A stretch of DNA of 64,000 nucleotides from Planctomycetota bacterium (GTDB taxonomy: Bacteria; Planctomycetota; GCA-002687715). The position numbers and the translations under genes were made by a program. Positions 10,018-18,846 of the stretch are shown here, piece after piece. Where the stretch lies: contig NZBC01000204.1 in NCBI GenBank assembly GCA_002687715.1, positions 1,135-65,134 of the forward strand. The letters run 5' to 3'. Numbering within the stretch: the first letter of the stretch is position 1; each line of letters opens with the position of its first letter. Below the pieces are notes generated by a model, which did not search any database, had not been told where the DNA came from, and saw nothing but the letters and a program-made list of their open reading frames with translations.

Positions 10018-11157
10018 TCATCCCTGCAGTGCTTGGTCAAGATCCTCCAGCAGATCCTGGACGTTCTCGATCCCGACGGACAGCCGGATGAGGGTGTCGC
10101 TGATACCGCGCTCGCGTCGTTGATCCTCTGGGACCGACGCGTGAGTCATGATCGCTGGGTGCTCGATGAGGGATTCGACGCCGCCCAGACTCTCGGCGAG
10201 CAGGAAGAACCGGGTGCTCGAACAGACGCGGCATGCGTCCTCCAACGATCCCTTGACCCGGAACGACACGATCCCGCCGAAACCGCTCGCCTGAGCCTTC
10301 TGGGCGGCGTGGCCGGCGTGGTCCTCGAGCCCAGGCCAGATCACGTCCTGCACCTTCGCGTGGTCGACGAGGAAGCCCGCGACTTCAGCCGCGTTGGCCT
10401 CGTGGGCGCGCATCCGGATGGGCAGCGTCTTCACCCCGCGCAACGTCAGCCAGGAATCGAACGGACCTGGCACCGCCCCTACTGCGTTCTGGCGGAAGAC
10501 GAGCCTCTCCGCGAGATCGTCGTTCGACGTGGCGATGATCCCTCCGACGACGTCGCTGTGTCCGCCAAGGTACTTGGTCGTCGAATGCACGACGAGGTCC
10601 GCCCCGAGCTCCAGCGGCCGCTGCAACGCGGGGCTCATGAATGTGTTGTCCACTGCGATCAAGAGCCCGCGGCTGTGCGCGAGATCGGCGAGCTTCTCGA
10701 GGTCGGAGACCACCAACAACGGGTTGGTCGGCGTCTCGACCCAGATCATCCGCGTCTCGGGACGGATCGCCGCTTCGACTGCGGCGAGGTCGGAGGTGTC
10801 GAGGAACGTGTACTCGAGTCCGAACTGGCGGAACACCTTGTCGAACACGCGGAAGGTGCCGCCGTACACGTCGTCGGTCGAGACGACGTGGTCGCCCGAC
10901 TCGAACAGCGTCATGACCGTGGAGATCGCGGCCATTCCAGACGCGAACGCGATCCCGTGCGTGCCCCCTTCTAGCGCCGCGACACAGGCCTGGAGCGCAT
11001 CACGCGTCGGATTGCTGGAGCGCGTGTACTCGTGGCCCAGGTGGCGGCCCGGCTCGGGCTGGGCGTACGTCGACGTCTGATAGATGGGCACGACGACGGC
11101 GCCCGTGAGCCGATCGGGCTCCTGTCCGGCGTGAATGGCTTGGGTCTCGAACCTCAT
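10018..11157 (-). CDS. Cys/Met-metabolism PLP-dependent enzyme (cystathionine gamma-synthase/gamma-lyase/beta-lyase family)
   Basis: MRFETQAIHAGQEPDRLTGAVVVPIYQTSTY...DHVVSTDDVYGGTFRVF...VVHSTTKYLGGHSDVVGG (PLP-lysine block)...LAESLGGVESLIEHPAIMTHAS. Full-length, 379 aa. Confidence 0.9.
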   Translation of the reverse strand: MRFETQAIHAGQEPDRLTGAVVVPIYQTSTYAQPEPGRHLGHEYTRSSNPTRDALQACVAALEGGTHGIAFASGMAAISTVMTLFESGDHVVSTDDVYGGTFRVFDKVFRQFGLEYTFLDTSDLAAVEAAIRPETRMIWVETPTNPLLVVSDLEKLADLAHSRGLLIAVDNTFMSPALQRPLELGADLVVHSTTKYLGGHSDVVGGIIATSNDDLAERLVFRQNAVGAVPGPFDSWLTLRGVKTLPIRMRAHEANAAEVAGFLVDHAKVQDVIWPGLEDHAGHAAQKAQASGFGGIVSFRVKGSLEDACRVCSSTRFFLLAESLGGVESLIEHPAIMTHASVPEDQRRERGISDTLIRLSVGIENVQDLLEDLDQALQG

Positions 11158-11960
11158 GGTGCCTGGGCTCCGGCGTCGGTCTGCAGGGACGAATCGAGTC
11201 CGATCGCTCGACGATAGCCGTCGAGCAGGAGCCGCCCCACGCGGAAATGCACATGGGGCTGATGATTGTCCTGGACCAATGACGTGCGATAGACCTCGAT
11301 CGCTTCTTCCGCCAACCCGAGCTTCTCAGCGCAGCGCGCGCGGATGTTCAGGACCTTGGGGCTCGTGGCGAGCCGACCCTGGATACCGCAGAGAAGCTCG
11401 CGAGCCTCGTCGAATCGTCGCTCCAGGTAGTGGAACCGGCCGAGGTACAGGCGTGGGAAGGTCAGCTTGGGTCGGATGGCATGCAACTCTTGCAGGCGCG
11501 GGACCAACGCCCGCGCCGTCTCGAGGGGGGTCGTGAGGCGGATGTGCAGCGCGTACGAGAGGATCTGGTTCAGCCGGACCCGCAGATCATCGGCCAGGGT
11601 ACCGCCGGCGGCGAGGTACGCCGTGTAGACCTCGAGCGCCTCGTCATCGGTGCGCTTCTCCTCGAGCGCAAGCCCCTTGATGTAGTCGGCGGCGTGCGGA
11701 CCCCGTCGTAGCCCGGCCTGAAACAGTGCGGGGAGACGCTTGGAGAACGCGGCCGGCTTGTTCGCCGCTTCAGTAGCGGAGCGGAGGACATCGGCGAGCG
11801 CCTGGATGAGCGCGAGGTGTTCACGGTCGCGAGCGTCGCCTTCGCCGAGGGCGTCCAGCCCCTTGCCGGCGACGGAGATCGCCTTGCGTGCCCTACCAGC
11901 CTCCAGGAACGCGCGCGCCTCTTCGAGCAACGCGCCCGCGCGGTCGCGGTTGCCGCTCAT
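11154..11960 (-). CDS. TPR-like helical-repeat protein
   Basis: 268-aa ORF, Ala/Leu-rich with repeated A..Y/L..G helical-pair patterns. Its stop overlaps the start of the downstream PLP enzyme by 4 nt and its start overlaps the upstream TPR gene by 4 nt. Confidence 0.6.
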   Translation of the reverse strand: MSGNRDRAGALLEEARAFLEAGRARKAISVAGKGLDALGEGDARDREHLALIQALADVLRSATEAANKPAAFSKRLPALFQAGLRRGPHAADYIKGLALEEKRTDDEALEVYTAYLAAGGTLADDLRVRLNQILSYALHIRLTTPLETARALVPRLQELHAIRPKLTFPRLYLGRFHYLERRFDEARELLCGIQGRLATSPKVLNIRARCAEKLGLAEEAIEVYRTSLVQDNHQPHVHFRVGRLLLDGYRRAIGLDSSLQTDAGAQAP

Positions 11961-13006
11961 GATGCGTTCCTCGGATCGGTCGGGGGCTTGACGTCGGCAA
12001 TGGGCAACTCTTCGGTGCGCGCGATCTGCTTCGCGCTGTCCGGGTCGTTTTCGTCCGTACCCGAGGGTTGCAGCATTTCGAGTTCGGACGCCGTGGCCTC
12101 GTCGGTCTCCTGGGGCATCGAAAGGACTTCGGTAGACGTCATGTGCAGCACGGTCAACAGCTCGGTGCGCGGCGCGTGACGCTTCGGTCGAGGCTCGTCG
12201 GGTGCGTCAGCCGTGGGATTGTCCAGGCGGTCGAGCATGCGATCGGCTTCTTCCATCAGGTCAGGGTCGACGCGGGCCTGGCCCAGGCACGTGCGGGCGT
12301 CCTCCGTCTCCCCCAGCAGCGCGTGAGCCTGAGCGCGCCGCAGCGCCACTTCGGACGTCGTCGGCCAGGTGAGATCGTCGAGCCGGCGCAGAGCTTGTCG
12401 AGCCTCGCCGAGTTCGACCAGAACGCACCCGAGCAGATAGTGCCAGGCATCGACCTGGTTGAGGGGGGTCCTGGCCTCCAGCACCTCGCGCGCCTCCTCG
12501 AGCCCGGCGCGGGCATGGTCGCCGGAGCTCTCGAACGCGAGATCCAGGAGGTGTCCCGCAAGGCGAAGGCGGTACGTCTCGCTAGGAGGTGCCAGCGCGA
12601 CGGCCTCCCGCAGGTCAGAGACGGCCTCCATTCGGTTGCCGATCCCGATCCGCGACTCGGCGCGGATGAAGTACGCACGATGGAAGGCAGCGGTCTCGGT
12701 GATGGCGGCGGTGGCAAACTGCTCGGCGTCCTGATGACGATCCAGACGCAGGAGCGCCAGCGCCATGAGGCAGGCGATCCGGGGGTGGGTCTCTCGCTGC
12801 AGGCTATTCTGCAACGGCGCGATGGCCGCGTCGGGGTCTCCGCGCAGAAGCCATGCCTCGCCCAGTAACGCCGAGTAGCGAGGGTTGCCCGGCGAAAGGC
12901 GGACGGACTGCTCGAGATGGCGGATCGCCTCCTCGAGGTCCTGTAGCGGGTCCAAACGATCCTCGGCCATGATGCGGGGCGTGCCTGAGAATATAGAGGG
13001 CCGCAC
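11957..13006 (-). CDS. TPR repeat protein
   Basis: 349-aa ORF with TPR-like repeats (...SPGNPRYSALLGEAWLLRGDPDAAIAPLQNSLQ...AFHRAYFIRAESRIGIGNRMEAVSDLREAVALAP...). GTG start at 13006; an alternative ATG lies at 12970. Confidence 0.65.
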   Translation of the reverse strand: MRPSIFSGTPRIMAEDRLDPLQDLEEAIRHLEQSVRLSPGNPRYSALLGEAWLLRGDPDAAIAPLQNSLQRETHPRIACLMALALLRLDRHQDAEQFATAAITETAAFHRAYFIRAESRIGIGNRMEAVSDLREAVALAPPSETYRLRLAGHLLDLAFESSGDHARAGLEEAREVLEARTPLNQVDAWHYLLGCVLVELGEARQALRRLDDLTWPTTSEVALRRAQAHALLGETEDARTCLGQARVDPDLMEEADRMLDRLDNPTADAPDEPRPKRHAPRTELLTVLHMTSTEVLSMPQETDEATASELEMLQPSGTDENDPDSAKQIARTEELPIADVKPPTDPRNAS

Positions 13007-13018
13007 CCGTTTCGACTG

Positions 13019-13055
13019 GAAAAAAGAATGACGGCGACCGGGAGGCCGCCGTCAT
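13019..13055 (-). terminator. Rho-independent terminator downstream of the metalloprotease gene
   Basis: The minus strand reads ATGACGGCG-(10-nt loop)-CGCCGTCAT (9-bp stem, 13028..13036 / 13047..13055), followed by TTCTTTTTTC (13019..13028). Confidence 0.6.
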
Positions 13056-13121
13056 CAGGGTCGTGCTTCTCCTCTCGGGGGAGGCGAGGCGTCTCTTCAA
13101 CGGTCGTTACGAGTCGTGCTG

Positions 13122-16100
13122 CTACGGCGTCACGGTCGCGGACAGGACGTTCGAGATCGTGAACGCACCGTTCACGCTGGAGACGAGAACACCCTGGAAG
13201 TGGATGGTCGCTCCGACGGCCGGCGGCACCAGGAAGCTGTACGAGACTTGACCCGAGGCCGGGATGATCGCACCCGGGGTCAGGAGGATGAATGCGGGAG
13301 CGGCCACGTTCAGGCTCATCGTGCCGAGACCGCCGTAGAAGCTCGGGGAGGTCGAAGCCCCCGCGCCCACCGCCACCAGGTCTCCGGGGCCACCGTTCAC
13401 GAGCAGACTGAAGGTGTTACCGACGGATGTCGATCCGGCCATGTCGAGGATCTGACTGGCGCCCTGGTTGGCAGCTTCCAGCCGCAGGTCATCGATGTTC
13501 CAACCGCCGAACTGGAGGCCGGCGTCCGAGATCAGCTGGAAGCGGATGCGAACGTTCGGCTGGTTGTCCGCGATCGCGGAGATGTTGACCGAGTGCTCCA
13601 CCCACGTGGTGTCGACGTGGTGCTGCGTGCCCGAGCCGACGGCGTTCTGCCACACCGGGATGTAGCTCGCGCCGTTGTTGTTCGACACGAGGATACGCGC
13701 CTGGTCGTAGAACCCGTCCTCCACGGTGAGCCAGCGTCGATAGACGAGCGTTACGCCCGTGCGACCGGTGCAGTTGATCGTGGAAGACGAGAGATGGTTG
13801 TTGACGCTCGCCGCGTAGTCACCATTCCAGTTTGACGCGGGCACGAGGTCGTTTCCGTAGGTGAGCAGACCCTCGAACGCGGTCGCCGGGTCCGACGCGT
13901 GGTTCGGGTTGCCATGCGGAATGTTGTGCCAGTCGTTCTGGGTTTGCACCTGTTGCGACGTCCATCCGCTGATGCCTTCGAAGCCCTGGGCGTAGAACGC
14001 CGACGACAACGCAGTGCGGAAGCGATGCGTGGCTGCGGGAGCGCCCGCCGGACTGGTGCCGGAGTTGCTGCCGGCGATCGCCGACAGGTAGTACTCGACG
14101 GTCGCGCCGCCGGCCTGGTTCGGAATGAAGCCGACCCACGTGCCACCGCTCTGGGTCATCGGCGCCGGCGTGAAGTTCGGCGCGCCGGCGCGCCAGAAGA
14201 GGGTCAGGTTCGACACGTTGGAACCCGTGATCGACGACGCGGTCGCCCGGATCTCGTAGGGCTGGAGCTGGTCAAGCGTGTCCACCAGCGGCTGGTGCCC
14301 GACCGTCACGAGCTGCAGCGGAAACGGAACCCCGTGCTGGATGGTGAAGCCCTGGTGGAACAACGACACGTTCGGAGTGCCGTTGGCGAGGTTGCCGTCG
14401 TTGTCATCGAGCAGCAGCATCTCCATCACCACGGCGATCTCGTCCTGCGGCGCGCCGGACAGTGACTGGAACAGGTACGAGTCCATCAGGTCCTTGCCCG
14501 CCTGGCCCATCGCGTTGTTGAACTGGACCCGGGTGTGCCAGTAGCTGCCGCCGATGACCAGTCCGCGCTGGTGGATCGCCGTGCCGCAGCTCGACGGGTA
14601 CTGGCAGCCGTTGTTCATGTTGCGTACTTGCGTGCCGATTCCGGAGAATCCGCTGCCGACGATGGACGTGTCCTCGGTGGCGCCGCCGACGCAGTCCGAG
14701 AGTCCCTCGCCCATGTAGCCGGGGACGCTGGAGCCCGCCGTGCTGTAGATGCGGGTCGAGATGCCGTGGCCGTACTCGTGCGACACGACAGAGGCCGACG
14801 TTCCCGTGTTGATGCAGCCGCCGGACTGGGCGTAGAAGTTGATCGAGTGCTGGGCCGGGCTGTAGAACGCGTTGCAGCTTCCCGTGGTCACGTTGGCTCT
14901 GGCGGTGATCGGGGTGTCCAGCAACGTCTGGGCGGGTGCGCGGTCCTTGAGTCGCGCGTGCGTCTTGTTCGCGAAGAACACCATGTCGCGCTCACCGATG
15001 GTGGAGTTGGCGAAGGTCACGTTGAACGTGCCCGTCCCGACGGTCGTCGAGATGGACGCGTTGGTGCCGCTCGAGTTGCTGCCGTTCACCCACGGACCGT
15101 CGAGTGTCGACGAGAGCGAGACCGTCGTGCCGCCGCCGTTGAACGAGTAGAACCCGGTCACGTCAGTGATGACATTGCTGCCGTTGACCGTGACGCGGAT
15201 GTCGGGGAAGTTCGTGTTCTGGGGAGACTGGTGCGGGAGGAGACCTTCGTGGGTCGTGCCCTGTACGAATCCCATGACGTTCGCGAACGCCGCGAGCGCC
15301 TCGAGCGCGCCCGCGCCACCGGTCGCTGGCCCACCGTGGTCGCAACCGGCACCGCAGCAACCACATTCGCGGATGTCGTTCCAGTACTCGACGATCGCGC
15401 CAGTCTGCACGTCGACGTAGATCATCCAGTCGGCGCGCGGCGCGTCCGATATGAGCTTGACGAGCCAGGTCGCCGTCGGGGCGAGTCCCGTGCGGTCGTC
15501 TTTCACGTACACGACGGGCTCGGCGCCCATGAAGGTCAGCTGGGTGTTGTTGGTCACGAACCCAAGGCGGGCGATATGCGTCTCGGCAAGGTTGCGCGCG
15601 GCCGCCATCGGCAACGTGGCGGCGGGCACCACGGACGTCGTGTCGACGAACCGACCGCCCCACATCACGAGGCGTCCCTGGTCGTCGATGCGCAGAGTCA
15701 GGCGTCCACCCCGAACCCGGAACGCACCGAAGCGCTGGATGAAGTGGACGTAGTAGAGACGTCCTCCCCGCATCACCGCCTGGAGCTCGTAGTCGATGGG
15801 ATTGACGCCGATCGCGTTCAGCAGGCCTTCCTTGAGGCCAAGGGCCACCACGGCGATCTGGTGCTGGTCGGCGCGGGCCTGGATGACCGGGATGCCGGGG
15901 CCGTACGCGGAGACGAGCTGACCGGTGCGGGAATCGAAGATGGCCTGCCAACCGGGGTGCTCGGATGCCCAGGCCTGCCACCCCTCGTGGGCGTCGGCCA
16001 ACATCTGTTGCTGCGGCCAATCGAGGGTGCGGGAGGCCGGATCAGGCACCTGGGGTCCAACGTGCTGGCCCCAGCCCCCGTGGGTTTCCTTGCCCTGGGC

Positions 16101-16160
16101 CGGAAGCGGCAGGGTGAGACACACGACGGCAAGCGTGGCGATTCCGAGAACACGGGTCAT
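13122..16160 (-). CDS. Secreted zinc metalloprotease, M36 (fungalysin)-like, with a large C-terminal jelly-roll/adhesion-type extension
   Basis: ATG at 16160 preceded by GAGAAGGAAA. Signal peptide MTRVLGIATLAVVCLTLPLPAQG. Zinc site VVSHEYGHGIS followed by GYMGEGLSDCVGG (compare M36 HEYTHG...GEGWSD). The C-terminal ~450 aa are rich in G/S/T/N beta-type sequence. The tracked ORF starts 6 codons earlier at a GTG. Confidence 0.7.
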   Translation of the reverse strand: MTRVLGIATLAVVCLTLPLPAQGKETHGGWGQHVGPQVPDPASRTLDWPQQQMLADAHEGWQAWASEHPGWQAIFDSRTGQLVSAYGPGIPVIQARADQHQIAVVALGLKEGLLNAIGVNPIDYELQAVMRGGRLYYVHFIQRFGAFRVRGGRLTLRIDDQGRLVMWGGRFVDTTSVVPAATLPMAAARNLAETHIARLGFVTNNTQLTFMGAEPVVYVKDDRTGLAPTATWLVKLISDAPRADWMIYVDVQTGAIVEYWNDIRECGCCGAGCDHGGPATGGAGALEALAAFANVMGFVQGTTHEGLLPHQSPQNTNFPDIRVTVNGSNVITDVTGFYSFNGGGTTVSLSSTLDGPWVNGSNSSGTNASISTTVGTGTFNVTFANSTIGERDMVFFANKTHARLKDRAPAQTLLDTPITARANVTTGSCNAFYSPAQHSINFYAQSGGCINTGTSASVVSHEYGHGISTRIYSTAGSSVPGYMGEGLSDCVGGATEDTSIVGSGFSGIGTQVRNMNNGCQYPSSCGTAIHQRGLVIGGSYWHTRVQFNNAMGQAGKDLMDSYLFQSLSGAPQDEIAVVMEMLLLDDNDGNLANGTPNVSLFHQGFTIQHGVPFPLQLVTVGHQPLVDTLDQLQPYEIRATASSITGSNVSNLTLFWRAGAPNFTPAPMTQSGGTWVGFIPNQAGGATVEYYLSAIAGSNSGTSPAGAPAATHRFRTALSSAFYAQGFEGISGWTSQQVQTQNDWHNIPHGNPNHASDPATAFEGLLTYGNDLVPASNWNGDYAASVNNHLSSSTINCTGRTGVTLVYRRWLTVEDGFYDQARILVSNNNGASYIPVWQNAVGSGTQHHVDTTWVEHSVNISAIADNQPNVRIRFQLISDAGLQFGGWNIDDLRLEAANQGASQILDMAGSTSVGNTFSLLVNGGPGDLVAVGAGASTSPSFYGGLGTMSLNVAAPAFILLTPGAIIPASGQVSYSFLVPPAVGATIHFQGVLVSSVNGAFTISNVLSATVTP

Positions 16161-16469
16161 CTGGGGTTTCCTTCTCACGCGGCGGGCGGGAAGCCCCGGT
16201 CCATCCGGAACCAGATGGGGGCCGCCCTCGGAGCAAATACGGGTAGCGACGACAAGCAGTCAGTGCCTCGCTCGAGCTTGGGGAGCAACCCGCGGGCCGG
16301 CGGGGTCTTTCCCCGGCCAGATCAGCATGAAACCACAACCGCCTGCTCCGCGGCTGGTTGGAGCGACGGGAACATCAGGATTGAGTGGTTTTCAGCGGGT
16401 CCCGCAGAGCGGACCTGTAAACGGGCTTTGACACCTGGCCTGAGGTCCTGACCTCCCTAACATGTTGGT

Positions 16470-17153
16470 GTGAGTGGTCGGGCAACAGGATGCTGGTGGT
16501 GCGTGGTCCTCTTGTGCGCCGGATGTTCGTCCGGGCCCGCGGACCTGGTCGAGCTCACCTCGCCAACCGAGGTGAGGATCGAGGGGTCGCCGCTCGGACC
16601 CCTTCAGGTTCGCCTCGACCACGACAGACGTCCCCCCAAGGAGCACGGGGTCCGTAACTACCCTGGTCGGTCCTATCTTGGGGGTAACGACCTCATGGAA
16701 CCGACAGATGTCTCTCTGCTCCGCATCCTCGTCCGGGATCTGGTCCTCGCGGGAGTCGCGAGCCGGGCTGGGCTCCTCCCGGTCGAAGACGGTTACGTCC
16801 TCGAAGTGACGGTCGAGCGGTTGGGAGCGTCCTTCAACAACGGGATCGAGACCCTCGTCGCGCCGGTGCTGCCGACCTCCGCGGTGGAGGCGGCGTGCTC
16901 GCTGAGCCTGGTGTTCAAGGACACCCTCGGGCGCGTGTTCCTGAGGCAGACGTTCGCGGCGGAGGAGAGCGCGGTGGCCGCCTTGCTCATCGGCCTGGAG
17001 TCCACCGCAGCGGACACGTTGGCGGAAGCCATCCGCCACGCGTGCGACGCCGCCTTCCCGGTGATCCATGGATCGGTAGCGGCGTTCTGGGAACGGCTCC
17101 GACGGAACGGGATCAGTCCTCCTCGAGAGAGACGTTCCAGTACTGCTCGCTGA
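16470..17153 (+). CDS. Hypothetical lipoprotein
   Basis: GTG start; MSGRATGCWWCVVLLCAGCSSG (lipobox LCAGC). High GC3. No recognisable family. Its 3' end overlaps the convergent HNH gene by 41 bp. Confidence 0.55.
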   Translation: MSGRATGCWWCVVLLCAGCSSGPADLVELTSPTEVRIEGSPLGPLQVRLDHDRRPPKEHGVRNYPGRSYLGGNDLMEPTDVSLLRILVRDLVLAGVASRAGLLPVEDGYVLEVTVERLGASFNNGIETLVAPVLPTSAVEAACSLSLVFKDTLGRVFLRQTFAAEESAVAALLIGLESTAADTLAEAIRHACDAAFPVIHGSVAAFWERLRRNGISPPRERRSSTAR

Positions 17154-17703
17154 CGAACTTCTCCCACGAGGCGCGACGACGCCCGACGTTCACCGTGAGG
17201 CAGGGCGACCACCGGGGCGCGGTCGCCGGGCGCAGCAAGGCAATGTTGGCTTCGGCCGGCAGGCGCGATCCCTTGCGGACGTTGCAAGGGATGCAGGCCA
17301 GGACGCAGTTCTCCCAGTTCGTCCGTCCGCCGCGGCTGCGCGGGATGACGTGGTCGATGCTGAGCTCGTGCGTCGGGAAGCGTCGGCCACAGAACTGACA
17401 GCAGTTTCCGTCGCGTCGGTAGAGATTGCGACGGCTGAACGGCACCTGACGCCGGGGCATGTGGTTGTGGCGGGTCAGGAGGATCACTTCGGGCACCGGG
17501 ATCTCCAGCCGAACGGTGCGGATGCACGGGTCGCCCGGCTCGACACGAAGATCCGACCACGAGTCGAGGTCGTGAGTCTGGTAGGTCTCGGGCTGGATCA
17601 CCCGCGCCACGCGTTTGTAGACGAGCGCCAACGCCGTGCGAACGGAGGTGGTCGAGATGGCCACCCACGAACGATTCAGAACCAGTGTCGGGCTGTTGAG
17701 CAT
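17113..17703 (-). CDS. HNH endonuclease family protein
   Basis: Internal ATG (17703) of ORF 17113..17832: MLNSPTLVLNRSWVAIS...RRNLYRRDGNCCQFCGRRFPTHELSIDHVIPRSRGGRTNWENCVLACIPCNVRKG. This is a CxxC...DHxxP...N...CxxCN HNH/zinc-finger core. Confidence 0.85.
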   Translation of the reverse strand: MLNSPTLVLNRSWVAISTTSVRTALALVYKRVARVIQPETYQTHDLDSWSDLRVEPGDPCIRTVRLEIPVPEVILLTRHNHMPRRQVPFSRRNLYRRDGNCCQFCGRRFPTHELSIDHVIPRSRGGRTNWENCVLACIPCNVRKGSRLPAEANIALLRPATAPRWSPCLTVNVGRRRASWEKFVSEQYWNVSLEED

Positions 17704-17998
17704 TGGAGGCACCCCGCGCGGCCGAGATTCGCCGGGACCGCGCGCCACGAGGATTATACGGTGCCGATGGACCGGTGCTCGGCCAGAAGCGTCTGTCCCC
17801 ATTCGGACACGGGTGTGCCCTGGCAGGGTCAAAAGGGCCGCGCCGCGAACCTCGCGACCCCGCGGGCCTTCAGGAACTCAACTGGCTCTCGGATCACCTC
17901 TTAGGGGAGGTCGCCGAATCACCAGGAAGACCGCGGCACGGGACTTGCCTTGTAGCCTCCTGCCTCATCCAAGGGACTCTTAGAAAGGGAGCCCAGTC

Positions 17999-18304
17999 AT
18001 GACCGAGAAACCGCAAACCCCCGACCGGAATCCGCTGACCCGCAGCCTCCTGGACCAGGACCTGGGGACGGAGAACCTCCTGACCCAGAGCCTCACCCAG
18101 AACCTGCTCACCCAGAACCTGCTCACCCAGAACCTGCTCACCCAGAACCTGTATTGCAGCGGGTGCCTCTGCACCCGGGCGTTCGTCGCCATGGACCGCG
18201 GCTACCAGTGCCCGGCGTGCCGCAAGGTCCTCCTCGTCACCGATCCGCCGATCACGCGGATCGACATCCGCCAGCTCGACCTTTCGCGCGCTCAGGCGAG
18301 TTGA
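17999..18304 (+). CDS. Small (101 aa) Zn-ribbon protein with an N-terminal (E/Q)(N/S)LLT pentapeptide tandem repeat
   Basis: ATG preceded by GAAAGGGAG. MTEKPQTPDRNPLTRSLLDQDLGTENLLTQSLTQNLLTQNLLTQNLLTQNLYCSGCLCTRAFVAMDRGYQCPACRKVLLV... (CxxC-N14-CxxC). GC3 is high throughout. Confidence 0.65.
   Translation: MTEKPQTPDRNPLTRSLLDQDLGTENLLTQSLTQNLLTQNLLTQNLLTQNLYCSGCLCTRAFVAMDRGYQCPACRKVLLVTDPPITRIDIRQLDLSRAQAS
18092..18151 (+). repeat. Four perfect tandem copies of a 15-bp unit (CTCACCCAGAACCTG) inside the Zn-ribbon gene
   Basis: Copies at 18092..18106, 18107..18121, 18122..18136 and 18137..18151, with degenerate copies upstream from about 18071. They encode the TQNLL repeats in frame. Confidence 0.95.
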
Positions 18305-18388
18305 CGAAACCTTGCGCGGTACGTGGCCTTGGGCCAGCGTCAGGGCTCGTATAATGTCGCTTCTTCTGCGCACGGAGGGTGACACCTG

Positions 18389-18838
18389 ATGCGGGGGTTC
18401 CAAGGCCTCGCGGCTGCTCTAATAGCCGCTGCGTTCTGCGGTTGTACCGAAATCGACAACCCGAGGACGCTCGCTCCAGGGGAGCCGGACGTCGCGGATA
18501 CTCGATCCCGGGAGCTCCAACGTTCCCAGTTCGATGACATCCCCACTCCGCCGGGGTTCCAATATGTGACCCGCGGAAACCGCTCTTTCTCTTTTTCTCG
18601 CGGTGGGGTCCGCGTCGGGCGGTTCATCTACTGGGGCCGGATGGATGTCGCGGAGGCCGCGGCCTTCTACCGACGTAACATGGGGATACGGGCCTACGAC
18701 TGGAACCTGGTGTCCGAGGACGCGAGCGTCGCGCAGGCGACGTTCCGTTACCGGAAGGGCCAGCAAGACTGCACCGTGACGATCACCCGAGAGACAGAGG
18801 CCACGTACGTCAGAATCGACGTGAACGGGCCTTCCTGA
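18389..18838 (+). CDS. Hypothetical lipoprotein
   Basis: MRGFQGLAAALIAAAFCGC (lipobox), 149 aa, GGAGGG Shine-Dalgarno sequence upstream. It lies 8 bp upstream of the next gene. Confidence 0.6.
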   Translation: MRGFQGLAAALIAAAFCGCTEIDNPRTLAPGEPDVADTRSRELQRSQFDDIPTPPGFQYVTRGNRSFSFSRGGVRVGRFIYWGRMDVAEAAAFYRRNMGIRAYDWNLVSEDASVAQATFRYRKGQQDCTVTITRETEATYVRIDVNGPS

Positions 18839-18846
18839 GAACCACC

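Noticed and set aside
14535-16451. 638-aa ORF on the + strand, and the similar 13116..13835 and 15163..16020
   Set aside because: These lie antisense to or out of frame with the metalloprotease gene. They are Arg/Gly/Ala/Asp-rich low-complexity translations with no motifs, the typical open antisense frames of high-GC DNA.
18092-18151. CRISPR-like appearance of the short direct repeats (15-bp x4 here; 30-bp x18 at 61057..61596)
   Set aside because: The repeats are contiguous with no spacers, are in frame within ORFs, and no cas genes are present. They are coding tandem repeats, not CRISPR arrays.
18350-18355. Perfect TATAAT hexamers at 18350..18355 (upstream of the lipoprotein gene) and 38924..38929 (upstream of dnaN)
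   Set aside because: They are striking in GC-rich DNA, but no acceptable -35 element lies at 16-18 bp spacing (TTGGGC at 15 bp; TTGCAC at only 3 bp). Promoter status cannot be supported without TSS data.
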